From contig NC_135810.1 in assembly GCF_964213995.1 (NCBI RefSeq), positions 105,338,001-105,402,000 of the forward strand: a stretch of 64,000 nt of DNA, written 5' to 3'. Below the pieces are notes generated by a model, which was not told where the DNA came from, searched no databases, and saw nothing but the letters and a program-made list of their open reading frames with translations. This DNA is from Mustelus asterias. Taxonomy: Eukaryota. The position numbers and the translations under genes were made by a program. This document shows, piece after piece, positions 49,768 to 62,437 of the stretch. How positions within the stretch are numbered: the first letter of the stretch is position 1; every line of letters starts with the position of its first letter.

Positions 49768-50175
49768 CATAAGATACAGGAGCGGGATTAGGCCATTCGG
49801 CCCATTGGGTCTAGTCCGCCATTCGATCATGGCTGAAATGCTCCTCATTCCCATTTTCCTGCCTTCTCCCCAGAACCCTTCAACCCATCACCAATTAAAA
49901 ATCTGTCTGACTCCTCCTTAAATTTACTCACTGTCCCAGCATCCACCGCACTTTGGGGTAGCGAATTCCACAGATTCACAATCCTTTGGGAGGAGTAGCT
50001 TCTCCTCAACTTTGTTTTAAATTTGCTACCCCTTATCCTAAGTCTATGACCTCTCGTCCTAGAATGCCCCACCAGCGGAAGCATCTGCTCCATGTCTACT
50101 TTATCCATACCTATTATCTTGAATACCTCAATTTGATCTCTCCTCATTCTTCTAAATTCCACAGAGTATAGGCCT
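49768..50175 (-). mobile_element. CR1 3' fragment
   Basis: SRTRGHRLRIRG...SQRIVNLWNSLPQ. Confidence 0.88.
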
Positions 50176-50815
50176 AAAAATATGTAGCAAGTCAGCAGAA
50201 TGCCAACAGTTTCTTTTTTAATTTAAAATTAGAATACTGCTCTATACACCACAATACCCATTGACCCCCTTATCCTTATGGGATGCGAGTGTCACTGGCA
50301 TTTATTGTTCATTCCTCAATTACTCTCGAGAAAGTAGTGGTGAGCGGTCTTCTAGGATCACTGCAATCCATTTTTCATATATTATAAGGATTTCAATTAC
50401 AACAATAAGTTAAGATTTTGCACCCTGTATTGTCAGTATTTTATGCATAAATATTTGTGTACATTATACATAGATTGTTGATGAATTCAAACATTCCCAA
50501 CAATAGATACACAATTACATTATTTTTTTAGTCAAGCCCATCTTCCATACAGACCATTCTTTTGTTTCAATTTTCCCTAAAGAAAATAACTATTTCATAC
50601 TGCCTGGACCTTGTTTGTCAGTGTTTACTAAATTAGCACCATGGATTGTGAGAAAGTAAAGTTTTAGTAAAACTCATCTTTGGTAATAAGAGTTGTCCAA
50701 AACAAAACCAGATATATTTTTGCTTGATTCAAGCTGTCAGTTGGTAGGTTCAGCAGTATTAAATTCAAGTTTGCTTGTTGAGTTGACATTTGAAAGAAAA
50801 TCAAAGGCTAAAAAA

Positions 50816-51946
50816 TTACATAATTGCCGTAACTTGTTCACAAAGTGCATTCCACTTGTTATGCAGCTCATTGTCCGGGGAACAAACCCTTAAGTGGGCA
50901 TTTGCCAAAACCATTGTTTCAGTAGGGCAAAACCTGTTGCCAATGAGGTCTGAAGCTAACTGGTCGCACATGGTAGATGGTAGCCAGTCAGAAAACACTT
51001 CAATGCTACAGCTTTCAATCCTGCCATGGTTGATGCTCATGTTCAATTTAATTTCTCCCCCTGGTAAATCACGGTGCAGAGAGAAAAGGTGGCTGATGCT
51101 GAACTTGGGCGTTCTTCCATAGATCCACTCCCAACTTTTAAGCTCCTGGGTAAACTTGCCAATTCCTGGCAGCAACTGATGGTCTCCGGGATCAATGGGC
51201 ATGATTTGGCTTTGGAGACCGTGGCGCTTGGCGTACTCTGCTGCAATGGCATCCATCAGGACATCACAGGTGAGGGTGGGATCCTCTTGGCAGAGGTTTT
51301 TCACAGGGGCGGGAGTACTGGGGGTGGCGTTGGTCTCTAGACCTTGATGGGGAGACTGGAGCACGGAGGACAGCAGGGACCTGTCTGAGTTGCAAAGCAA
51401 GGTGCAGTGGTGGTAGGCAGAGGTCCTGCCAATCTTGGAGGCAGTGCCTGAGATCTTGAAGGCCCGGTTGAGCAGCAGGTCGTGCCTGTCCGTGGCCAAG
51501 ATGTCCAGGTGAGGTCGGATCCTCCTCAGGGCAGAGATGAGCAGCTCCAGGTTGCCCCGCCGGTCGTAGCCCTTCCTGGAGGTGAAGAAGGTGAGGTTGA
51601 GGTTGCCCAGGTCGTGGTACACGGTGCCTCCCCCGCTCCGCCTGCGGCTCAGCCGGACCCCTCGCTCCCGCATGAGTTTCAGGTTGCACTCCCTCCAGGG
51701 GTTCTGGTGGCGACCGATGACCACGGCCGGCCCATTCCTCCAGAGCAGGAGCGCCTGCCGCTGCCGGGACTGCAGGTAGTCGTGTAGCCAGTCCTCCAGC
51801 GCCAGGTTCTGGTAGATATCGGTGGAGAGGGACTTGAGCAGCAGAGCGCTGCCGCCCTGGGACTCAGCCCAAGCGGCCAGGCTGCTGTAGCGAGCCGGGC
51901 ACACACCTCCCCACACTGCCCGCAGTCCCACATTCAGCAAGGGCAT
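50816..51946 (-). CDS. LIPT1: Lipoyltransferase 1, mitochondrial, single coding exon, 376 aa
   Basis: YQNLALEDW, VVIGRHQNPW, RRRSGGGTVYHDLGN, KISGTASK, HHCTLL and WEWIYGRTPKF motifs, with full-length similarity to vertebrate LIPT1 and a presequence-like N-terminus. Acceptor tttgcag| at 51954. Confidence 0.95.
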   Translation of the reverse strand: MPLLNVGLRAVWGGVCPARYSSLAAWAESQGGSALLLKSLSTDIYQNLALEDWLHDYLQSRQRQALLLWRNGPAVVIGRHQNPWRECNLKLMRERGVRLSRRRSGGGTVYHDLGNLNLTFFTSRKGYDRRGNLELLISALRRIRPHLDILATDRHDLLLNRAFKISGTASKIGRTSAYHHCTLLCNSDRSLLSSVLQSPHQGLETNATPSTPAPVKNLCQEDPTLTCDVLMDAIAAEYAKRHGLQSQIMPIDPGDHQLLPGIGKFTQELKSWEWIYGRTPKFSISHLFSLHRDLPGGEIKLNMSINHGRIESCSIEVFSDWLPSTMCDQLASDLIGNRFCPTETMVLANAHLRVCSPDNELHNKWNALCEQVTAIM

Positions 51947-52056
51947 CGCGTGGCTGCAAAATACAAACTAACAGGTATAAAAAATAACTAAACACAATGA
52001 TTAACAACATTGAAAACAGCCTCCCCTCCCCTGCAAACTGAATATCATCGACTCAC

Positions 52057-52210
52057 CTCCTTTCAAATTCTCCTGTTGTGAGCAAACCCCCTCCCTCCGG
52101 CCCTGAATCCTCCTGCAGTGTCTGTCATTGCAATAGGAGAGGAACTTCCAGCTAACCCCAGATAGCTATTTTCACTCTTCTCTCTCGTTAGCGCCATCTA
52201 CAACGCGGAG
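52057..52210 (-). promoter_or_regulatory. Probable non-coding leader exon / promoter upstream of LIPT1, with a CTCF-like motif
   Basis: Strong donor GAG|GTGAGT at 52056 defines a 103-nt intron to the 51954 acceptor. TTGTAGATGGCGCTA (minus strand, 52189-52203) matches the CTCF core. The 5' boundary is a guess. Confidence 0.5.
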
Positions 52211-53524
52211 GTGCCCCTCAACAAAATTCCTGCTGCTTTGATCGAAGGCTTGCACACTTCAAGCAGATCCTGGGATGGTTCCGCTTCCATGCCTAGAGGG
52301 TGAAGTTTTTAAAGTTTATTTATTAGTGACACAAGTGGGCTTACATTAACACTGCAATGAAGTTACTGTGAAAATCCTCTAGTCCTCACACTCTGACGCC
52401 TGTTTGGGTACACTGAGGGAGAATTTAGCATGGCCAATGTGGGGGGAAACCCGGAGTACTCGGAGGAAACCCACGCAGACACGGGGAGAACGTGCAGACT
52501 TCCCACAGACAGTGGCCCAAAGCCGGGAATTGAACCCAGGTCCCTGGCGCTGTGAGACAGCAGTGCTAACCACTGTGTCACTGTGCATTGACATCGTCCA
52601 CAATCTGGTGGATTTCAAAGAGACAATGGGAGCAAAGGGGGATAAGGTTTATTTATTAGGGTCACGAGTAGGCTTACATTAACACTGCAATGAAGTTACT
52701 GTGAAAATCCCCGGTCGCCATATTCCGGCGCCTGTTTGGGTCAATGCACCTAACCAGCACGTCTTTCAGACTGTGGGAGCAAACCGGAGCACCCGGACGA
52801 AACCCATGCAGACACGGGGAGAATGTGCAAACTCTGCACAGACAGTGACCCAAACCCGGAATCGAACCTGGGTCCTTGGCACTGTGAGGCAACAGTGCTA
52901 ACCACTGTGTCACTGTACCGCCCTGGGAAAGACAGTGTAAATCAGATAAAATGCATACGGACTACTGCGATATTTCATGCACTGCCACAGTCTCTTCACT
53001 TCAAAAACACATTTTGGCTGTGAAGTACTTTGGGAGGCTCTGAGATTCCAAAAGGAACCACATAAGTGAATTTATTTTTCGACGGTAGTTTTTTAATTCA
53101 TTCGAGGGATGTGGGCTTCACTGGCTAGGCCAGCATTTATTGCCCATTTCTAATTGGCCTTGAGAAGGTGGTGGCGAGCTGTCTTCTTGAACTGCTGCAG
53201 GCCAAGTGGTGCAGGCACACCCACCATGCTGTTGGGATGGATTTCCAGGATTTTGATTTAATGACAATGAAAGAATGGGATTTTATTTCAAAGTCAGGAT
53301 GGTGAGAGGCTTGGAGCGGAACCTACAGGTAATGGTGTACCCATGTATCTGCTGCCCTTGTCCTTCCAGATTGTGGTAGTCATGGGTTTGGAAGGTGCTA
53401 TCTCAGAAGCCTCATTTACTATGACAGGTTATATTTACAATGCACATTCATATTTCATTTCAACCATTCTCTGGTGCATAAAGCCTGAAGGGTTTTACAC
53501 AGTTTCCAGCCCTATAGCATACTA

Positions 53525-53790
53525 AGGTGGGAGGGCCTTGGACAGTGGCCTTACCCTATTGAAACTTTGTGACGGTTGCCCCAAGCTTTAGTGTCCCTCA
53601 GCACATAGTCCTGGACCTTGGCCAGTCTGCAACTCTTGGTCATTGACAGCTCTTTGCACTGGAACGCCAGCAGGTTTGGGGCAGACCAAAGAACACCTTT
53701 CACCTTGTTGATGATCCTACAGCAACAGTTGATGCTTATTGCAGTGTCCATCTCTGGGAATAGCCTGTACAGCATTGAGTCCTGCATTAA
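53525..53790 (-). mobile_element. Degenerate L1/Tx1-like ORF2 C-terminal fragment
   Basis: LYRLFP...INCCCRIINKVKGVLWSAPNLLAFQCKELS...VQDYVLRD resembles Tx1-type C-termini (from memory of the family). Confidence 0.55.
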
Positions 53791-54267
53791 TTGACTAACC
53801 TACCTCGCTCATTAATAGATTGAGAGGGGGATGTTGTTTATTGCACTTACCTTCTGATAACTCTGCAGGCCAGCAGCATATCATCCTTGATTTTGCATAG
53901 AAACACAGTCGCCACACAGGTTGCAAGAGTTCAAGGACAAGGCCTTCCATCATCTTCTGAAGGATAACCCAAGGATAGGAATTAAATGTTGGCCATGCCA
54001 GAAATGCCCAGATCTCAAGGATGAAAAGAAAAAATGTGCCACAAACACATCTGCCAGATAAGCCAGTGTGTTATGTACCACTGAATCTATTAGGTCACTG
54101 AAGCCAAGTTTAAGAAGGTAAATGACTTTGTCATGTACTCCAAGAAAGCAAAAGGACAGGCCCCAGCACTTGTACAGGATGGCAAGGATACCCAGGTCAT
54201 GGCATTTATTGACATCACTCACCCAGCTCCTTCTATTAATTCACAGGCACTCTTTGCTTCAATTCGA

Positions 54268-55278
54268 ATCTGCTCCACCATTCACTTTTTTCATAGCTGA
54301 TCAAAAAAGTCAATATCCTGATCCTGCCTTCCCCCCATATCCCTCGATCCCTTTAACCCCAAGAGCCATATCTAATTTCTTTGTGAAATCATACAATGTT
54401 TTGGCCTCAACTACTTTCTGTGGTAGTGAATTCCACAGATTTACCACTCTCTGGGTGAAGAAATTTCTCCTCACCTCAGTCTTAAAAGATTTACCCCTCA
54501 TCCTCAAGTAATAACCCCTAGTTCTGGACTCCCCCACCATTGGCAACATTCTTTCTGAATCTACCCTGTCTTATCCTGTTAGAAAATTATAAGTTTCTAT
54601 GTGATCCCCTCTCACTTTTCTAAACTCCAATGAGTACAATCCTAATTTTCTCTCCTCATATGACAGACCTGCCATTCCAGGAATCAGCCTGGTAAACCTT
54701 TGTTGCATTCACTCTATAGCAAGGACATTCTTCCTCAGATAAGGACACCAAAATTGCACACAATACTCCAAGTGTGGCCTCACCAACGCCCTGTACCATT
54801 GCAGTAATGATGTGGAGATGCCGGCGTTGGACTGGGGTAAGCACAGTAAGAAGTCTCACAACACCAGGTTAAAGTCCAACAGGTTTATTTGGTAGCAAAT
54901 ACCATAAGCTTTCGGAGCAATGCTCCTTCGTCAGATGGAGTGGTCTCTGTTCTCAAACAGGGCACAGACACAGAAATCAAATTACAGAATACTGATTAGA
55001 ATGCAAATCTCTACAGCCAGCCAGGTCTTAAATGTACAGACAATGTATGTACATTTAAGACCTGGCTGGCTGTAGAGATTTGCATTCTAATCAGTATTCT
55101 GTAATTTGATTTCTGTGTCTGTGCCCTGTTTGAGAACAGAGACCACTCCATCTGACGAAGGAGCATTGCTCCGAAAGCTTATGGTATTTGCTACCAAATA
55201 AACCTGTTGGACTTTAACCTGGTGTTGTGAGACTTCTTACTGTGCCATTGCAGTAAAACATCTCTATTCCTAGCTCAA
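54268..55278 (-). mobile_element. CR1 3' fragment interrupted by a palindromic Penelope insertion
   Basis: ESRTRG...FFTQRVVNLWNSLPQ; the CR1 sequence resumes after 55245. Confidence 0.85.
54808..55245. mobile_element. Palindromic Penelope pseudo-LTR insertion with 198-bp perfect arms and 11-12-bp TSD
   Basis: Arms 54841-55038 and 55048-55245, 9-nt spacer gacaatgta, extra 33 nt on the left. TSD (c)cattgcagtaa at 54796-54807 and 55245-55256. Hammerhead motif in each arm (54902-54938 minus, 55148-55184 plus). Confidence 0.92.
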
Positions 55279-57344
55279 GGAAGCTCTGCATCAGGGTTCT
55301 ATACAGAAGAACTTCCAACATGGAGAATCTTATAAGGATGGATCTATAATGAATGGAGCCCAAGTTTACGTTCAAATATTTGTCAGCACTAGACATTTTC
55401 TCAACTTTAGTGTCACCAGTTTCTCAGGCAAGTGGACTATTGTTACAATTGCCCCAGAGGAACCATAAATCAAAATGACAAAATTTACTCAATGACCCAC
55501 AAATGAAGAAATTGCCAAAAAGATTTCATTTTTTGTAGCTTTAACTTTAATACAGATCAGAAGCAACACAAATTAAACATAAATGGTAATGGGTAAGTCA
55601 AATAAAAATGTAAATTCCACTTTAAATAGTCAATACAACAAATGTGCGTCTTATACGACCACAAGTGCTCACAGCATATATGTGGCACTATATACCTACA
55701 CATTTCCACAATATGCAGTTTTTTATTCATGCAGAGTGGGTCTGCAGTCCTATCTGACAACAACTTTCACCTCTGAGTCTCATGTATAATTATCATCAAC
55801 AAGGCATACTTCTACAAACTCTCTCTCCCTTGGGTCATGACAATCCAGATGGTGTAGTTTTCCAGAATTCCTTCACCAACCAATAATATTTCAGTTCACA
55901 GTTTGGCCATTTTTGGGAAAATACTCAGCTTTCTGAGCTATTCACACAGCTTTGCAGATTTTAGTCCTAATTAGCCAGCTTGCAGATTGCCTCCAAGAGC
56001 TCCTGACCCTTTATCTGCCAAACAGACAAATTGACCCCTCGAAAAATTGTACCTAGCATGGCATAGTGACACAGTGGTTAGCACTGCTGCCTCACAGCGC
56101 CAGGGACCCGGTTCAATTGCAGCCTTGGTGACTGTCTATGTGGAGTTAGCACGTTCTCTCTTTGTCTGCGTGCGTTTCCTCTGGGTGCTCCAGTTTCCTC
56201 CCACAGTCCAAAAATGTGTAGGTTACACATGCTAAATTGACCCTTAGTATCCCAAGATGTGTAGGTTAGGGGGATTAGCGGGGTAAATATGTGGGGTTAT
56301 GGGAATAGGGTGGGGTGCCCTGTTGGAGAGTCCATGCAGACTTGATGGGCTGAATGGCCTCCTTCTGCACTGTAGGGATTCTGTGATCTATGAACTAGAA
56401 GACACTGTTTCTAAACATTTAAAAGAGGTGAGGAGAAATGTCCTTTTTCAATGGGTCATTGCAATTCTCCACAGGGAGCAGCGCAGATTGGACAATTGAA
56501 TATACTCAAGGCTGACTCAGGCAGACTTTTGAATGACAAAGGATTGACAAGTATTATGCTAGCCTGAAAAACATATCTCCTAGACTGGGTCTGTGGTAAG
56601 TGGTAACAGAATTAATAAAAGAGAAAAACCTACTTGACCTTCTGCTCAGCAATCTACCTGTCACAGATACATCTACTAATGTCAGTAATGATAGAAGTGA
56701 CCACTATATAATCCTTGGGGAGACAAAGTCCCCTCTTCACAGAGAAAACCCTCTACCGTGTTGGGCAGCACTAAATGGGATATGCTCAGGATAGATCTGG
56801 TGGCTCAAAACTGGGAAACCTTGAGGTGCCCTGAGCTATCAGCTGTGGTAGAATTGTATTTAACCACAATCTGTAAACTCAGAGCACAGCAAATACTTCG
56901 CTCTACTGTTACCATCAGACAAGGGTTCAATCGTAGTGCAGAAGAACAGGCCTGGCGCAGCACCTGGCATACCTAAAAATTATTTGCCAATCTGGTTAAG
57001 CAACTACACAGGATTGCACACATGCAAAACAGTGGAATCAGCATGGATTGACAGAGCAAAGTAATTCCAAAAACAATGGATCAGACTAAGCAGTCCTGCC
57101 ATCCAGTCATGAGTGGCGGTGGAGACATCAGCTTCATGCTGTTCCCTAGCGCAAGGCTGATTACGTCAAAAGAAATGGCCCGGGAGAATCGCGACTTGCT
57201 GGACACAGGCTGGATTAAGAATTTTAGCCTCCCGCTTAAATGTCCCGCCACACTACACTGGCCGAGTAGCGTAGTGGGGCGGGAAAACCGCACCCTACAT
57301 GTGGGTCAAGTTTTTCAATAGTTTGTCCTTGATCCATTTACGAA

Positions 57345-58020
57345 CAGGATCAGTTTCTCCCTATCTACTCTGTCCAGCCCTCTCATGATTTCCTCTTAGG
57401 CATCTCCTCTCCAAGGAGAACAGTCTCAATTTGTTCAATCTATCTTCATTACTGAAGTTTCTCATCCCTGGAACCATTCTTGTATAGTTCTGCGTTCTCC
57501 CCAATACATTCACATCCTTCCTAAAGTATGGCAACCAGAACTGTACACAATACTCCAGCTGAGGTCTATCTACTGTCTTGTATAAGTGCAGCAAAACCCC
57601 CTTGCTCTTGTACTCTAGGCCCCTTTTAATAAAACCAAGGATACCATATGCTTTATTAAATACTCTCTCCACCTGTCCTGCCACCTTCAATGATCTATGC
57701 ACAAATGCACCTAAGTCCCTCTGCTCCTGAACCCACTTTAGAATGGTACTTCTTTATTTATATTGTCTTGCCATGTTCTCCCTATCAAAATGCATCACCT
57801 CACACTTATCTGAATTGAACTTCATCTGCCACCTGTCTGCCCACTCCACCAACTTGTCCATGTCCTTTTGAGGTTCTACATCGTCCTCCTCACAGTTGAC
57901 AATACTTACAAGATTTGTATCATCCGCAAACTTTAAAACTGTCCCCACAAACACAAAGATCTAGATCATTGATATCTATCAGGAAAAGCAAGGGTTCCAG
58001 TGCCACTCCCCAGGTGATCC
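57345..58020 (-). mobile_element. Degenerate CR1 RT fragment
   Basis: LKFADDT, WQMKFN.DKCEVMHF and [11 protein letters not shown]. Confidence 0.85.
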
Positions 58021-58145
58021 AGGTGAGTTTCTGCTGAAATCAAATATGAAGGCAAGTCCAGGATTTTATGGCGCTTCGCGGTGTCTTTCCCACCCCAGTG
58101 GGACTGTAATATCTTGCTGGGAGGGAGGGGTTGTAAAATCCTGGC

Positions 58146-58346
58146 CAAAATACTGCAGATTCTGGAAATCTGAAATGAAAACAGAAAATAACGCAAATAC
58201 TCAGCAGGTCTGGCAGCATCTGTAAAGAGACATAGGGATAACATTTTATATCAATGAGCATTCATCAGAATTGAAGTGTTAATTGTTCCTCTCCAGAGAT
58301 GCGGTCAGACCTGAGTATTTCCACTATTTTCTGCTTTCATTTCAGT
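58146..58346. mobile_element. Degenerate palindromic copy of the 62438 family (a single arm also lies at ~43475-43590)
   Basis: ctcagcaggtctggcagcatctg ... cagagatgcggtcagacctgag inverted pair. Confidence 0.65.
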
Positions 58347-60785
58347 TTCTGTGAAACACTGGCAGATGGTGGAACTGCTTCTTTTCTTATTATTTCACTA
58401 TGTAAATTGCATAGGTTCATTTAAGGGGAAGCTTAATAAACAGAAGGGAAAGGGAATAGATGTTGATACTGATTGGTTTAGATGAAGAGGGGGGGCCCAG
58501 ATGGCTGCATGACTGCTGTACATATGTAATTATCCAACTATCCCCTGCTATTATTTCTGGCCAAATATGCCTGATTTAACTTCACAGATATACGATGTTT
58601 ACTGTCTCCAACTTTGCATCTGGTGCTGTGTGCCAGAAAGAACAGAGGTTAGCTGAAAGCCACAGAACAAATGATCCATTTCAATGGCTGAGTGTGTGCC
58701 ATGTGCCTCAGCCTTTTACAGAGTCCTTCAGTTAATGATAAACCATTAAATGCTCAGTCGCAGAGATCAGCCAAGATACCTTAAAAGTGAATTTCCCCTT
58801 AGCAAGGTTAATCACAAAAGGTTATTACGGTATCCATGGAATCCAAACAAACCTTACTAAGGGACACAGACTGTCCTATCATTAGTGTGCGGACATCATC
58901 CTTTTGCAGACATGAGAGACCATCCAGGGAAGAAGATGTTACTTCCTCTGAATTAGAATTAAAATTGACAAAGACAAAACTCTGATGTCAAAATCAATTG
59001 AGAAGGAGGAATGAAATTTCAGTGTCTCACAACCTCAGGTGAGTGAGCCTGTTCTGTATAATTTATGAGGATTGTGTACAAGAATGGAATGGCGACAAGT
59101 CTCCGACAATGCTTGAAATTAACACCGGTTGTTCTGTGCTACAGATGAGGAAACTGAAAGTGTCTTTAACAGATTGTGCAGGTTCAGTTTAAAGCATGGA
59201 TTGTGTGTTTAATCAAATAGGTTTGAAGGTAGACTGATTAAATGGCAACATCTTTAAAATATGTTCTGTGGATGTGGTCGATGCTTTTGCAACCACATCA
59301 ATTGCCCAAATTTAGTCGGCCTGAGAAGGTGGTACTTAACCTTCTATATCTTTGTTTTAAAAACAATTAAGTGGTTTCTAGGCCTCTTCGGGAGTCATTA
59401 CAATTCAAGCACATTGTGGAGTTGGAGTCGCAGATAAACTGAACCAGGAAGAGAAAGCAGATTTTCTTCCCTGATGGGCATTAGCAAAACATCTGTGTTT
59501 CTTAGCAATTCACAAGCTTTTATAGTAATTTTAAAAGTGTCAGACCTCTAACCGTGTTCTCATCTGTTTGTGTGCTTATGTATGCTACTCAAACTGATAG
59601 CAATCCAAATATCTTTCTTCAAACAAATGCATTGTACAATATCTTCTAAAATGACATCTGTTGCATGTTACTTTAATTTTTTTCATGACCAGAAGGTTTC
59701 CCAGTAACAGAAATGGAAATTGCAAGTCACTGGTTGGAGTTTTCTGCAGACTTCCTGATGTAATGGGGGATGTATAAATACAGAGCTTAGAAAAACATAC
59801 AGCAAAACAATGTGGTTAGAATGGAAGATTAATTTTCACAGACTGGGAGATGAAGAACAGCTTGAATAATAATGGCAATGAGTTTCTAGCAGTATGTAGT
59901 GCACATTGAGATTACATTTCTTCAGCTTTTATAAATTGGTGATAAATCTTTGAATTGTTTCGAAGTAGGCATTTAAAATAAATGACTCACCAAGTGTTTT
60001 AAAATAATAGACAATAATTTAACACAAAGGCAACATTCTGCATTCTACAAGTGGTACACATATGAAAAAAAACTGAACTGAGTTAATTTATAAAAAGCTT
60101 AATGAGAACTGCTAAAGTTTCCCACAGCAGTAGATTTAGCATAATAAGAAAGAAGAAGGAAAGACTTCAACTTATATTGCAAGATGTGTGGGTTAGGTTG
60201 ATTGGCCATGCTAAATTGACCCTAGTGTCAGGGAATTAGCAGGGTAAATATGTGGAGTTAGGGGAATAGGGCCTGGGTGGGGGATCGTGGTCGGTGCAGA
60301 CTTGATGGGCCGAATGGCCTCATTCTGCACTATAGGGATTCTATGATTCTATGCACCTTTCGTGACATCAGGATGTCTCAAAGTGTTTTAAAGCAAATGA
60401 AGCATTTCTGAAGTGTGGTCACTATTGTTATGTAGGAAACACAGCAGCTAATTTGAACATGCCAGCAAACAGAAACTCTGTTTGATGATCACCAGTTAAT
60501 CAGTTTTTATAATGTTGATTGAGGGATAACAATTGGCCAAGAAATAACGTCACCGCTCTTCTGCAAACTGGTGCCAAAGGATCTTATATCTGTGAAAGCG
60601 GATAGAGCCTTTGTTTACTGTCTCATCTGAAAAGCAGCACTTTTGATGGCGCTGCACTGGAGTATCAGCCTCGAATTTTGTGCTCAAGTCTCAAGAAAGG
60701 GACTTGAATTCACAGCCTTCTAACTCAGAGGCAAAATTACTACCAGCTGAACCTTGCCTGAGACAGCATCACCGCAATGGACACT

Positions 60786-61498
60786 TAGACCATAAGACAT
60801 AGGAGCAGAATTAGGCCACTCGGCCCATCGAGTCTGCTCCGCCATTCAATCATGGCTGATATTTTTCTCATCCCCATTCTCCTGCCTGTTCCCCATAACC
60901 CCTGATCCCCTTACTAATCAAGAACCTATCTATCTCTGTCTTAAAGACACTCATTGACCTGGTCTCCACAGCCTTCTGCGGCAAAGAGTTCCACAGATTC
61001 ACCACTCTCTGGCTGAAGAAATTCCTTCTCATCTCTGTTTTAAAGGAGCATCCCTTTAGCCTGAGGTTGTGCCCTCTGGTTCTAGTTTTTCCTACTAGTG
61101 GAAACATCCTCTCCACATCCACTCTATCCAGGCCTCGCAGTATCCTGTAAGTTTCAATAAGATCCCCTCCCATCCTTCTAAACTCCAACGAATACAGAGC
61201 CAGAGTCCTCAACCGTTCCTCATACGACAAGCTGTTCATTCCAGGGATTATTCTTGTGAACCTCCGCTGGACCCTTTCCAAGGCCAGCACATCCTTCCTT
61301 AGATATGGGGCCCAAAACCGTTCACAATACTCCAAATGGGGTCTGGCCATAGCCTTATACAGCCTCAGAAGTACACCCCTGCTGTTGTATTCTAGCCCTC
61401 TCGATATGAATGCTAACGTTGCATTTGCCTTCCTAACTGCCGACTGAACCTACACTTTAACCTTAAGAGAATCTTGAATAATGACTCCCAAGTCCCTT
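60786..61498 (-). mobile_element. Young 5'-truncated CR1
   Basis: ORF 60868-61350 RPHLEYC...FFSQRVVNLWNSLPQ; tail tatgtcttatggtct. Confidence 0.92.
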
Positions 61499-62437
61499 CC
61501 CCAAGGCTCTTAAAGTACTGGTTAAATTAGAAGGTGAACTCCTATAAAATATCCTTCCTTGAAAATACATTGTAAAAACTTTTTGACTTAAGCTTGACAA
61601 TGATACTCTCTCCTTGATATGGGAGCTATGCTGCCCCTCTCATGAAGAATGATGATGTTGTGGCATAAACTATGTTATGATTATTATTATCTCTAGTAAT
61701 CAGCTTTGAGTTATCACACTTGCAGTGATTTGGTATGATTGCCAATCCTTCATTTTTACTGCAAGGATCATCCTTCCTGCTGGTGGCTGCTATGACAACC
61801 AAAATCAGTGGTGCAAAACAGCCTGATCACACTTATGGCGTTTATGGAGGCAGAATAAGGCAGCATGTAGATGGGAATGATTTTAATGTTATCATCTTAT
61901 TTTCAGATTCAGGTTCTGGATAGAAGGTTTCATTTATGTTTTATGGCTTCATGCAAAGCCTTCTTTCAGAACAATATTGCAACCATATCATCTATCTGAT
62001 CTGATTTCACTTTGGATGCCTGTCAAGGTGAAGAATATCAGTGCTCGGAATTTGACACTCTTAAAATAAGTACAGCCCAACTGACTACAAAGTAAAGCCA
62101 CCTTTACTCTGCATCAACAATGTACTTTAACAGCCTCTTTTAATTCCCACAGCAATAATCCATATGGGCAGCAATGCCTCTTGTGCTATGGGCCCATACT
62201 GACCAGGAATTGGATCAAGACAGCTCAAACCCCATTCACATAGAATCCTTATATGTATAAATCTGGGACGGGTTTAGATCCACGTTCCAGAGTGAAGGAA
62301 CTGTGTACTAGCCCACTGCCCACTTAGTCCTTGGTCAGTAAGCATTGTAGAAAGAGGAACTGACATTCTGTCATGATACATGCTGGGTCTCATGTTATAT
62401 CTCATGAGCAATGCAAGAGAGGCATATTGTATAATGT

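Noticed and set aside
51043-51933. Overlapping alternative-frame and antisense ORFs within LIPT1
   Set aside because: Expected shadow ORFs of GC-rich coding sequence; no independent evidence.
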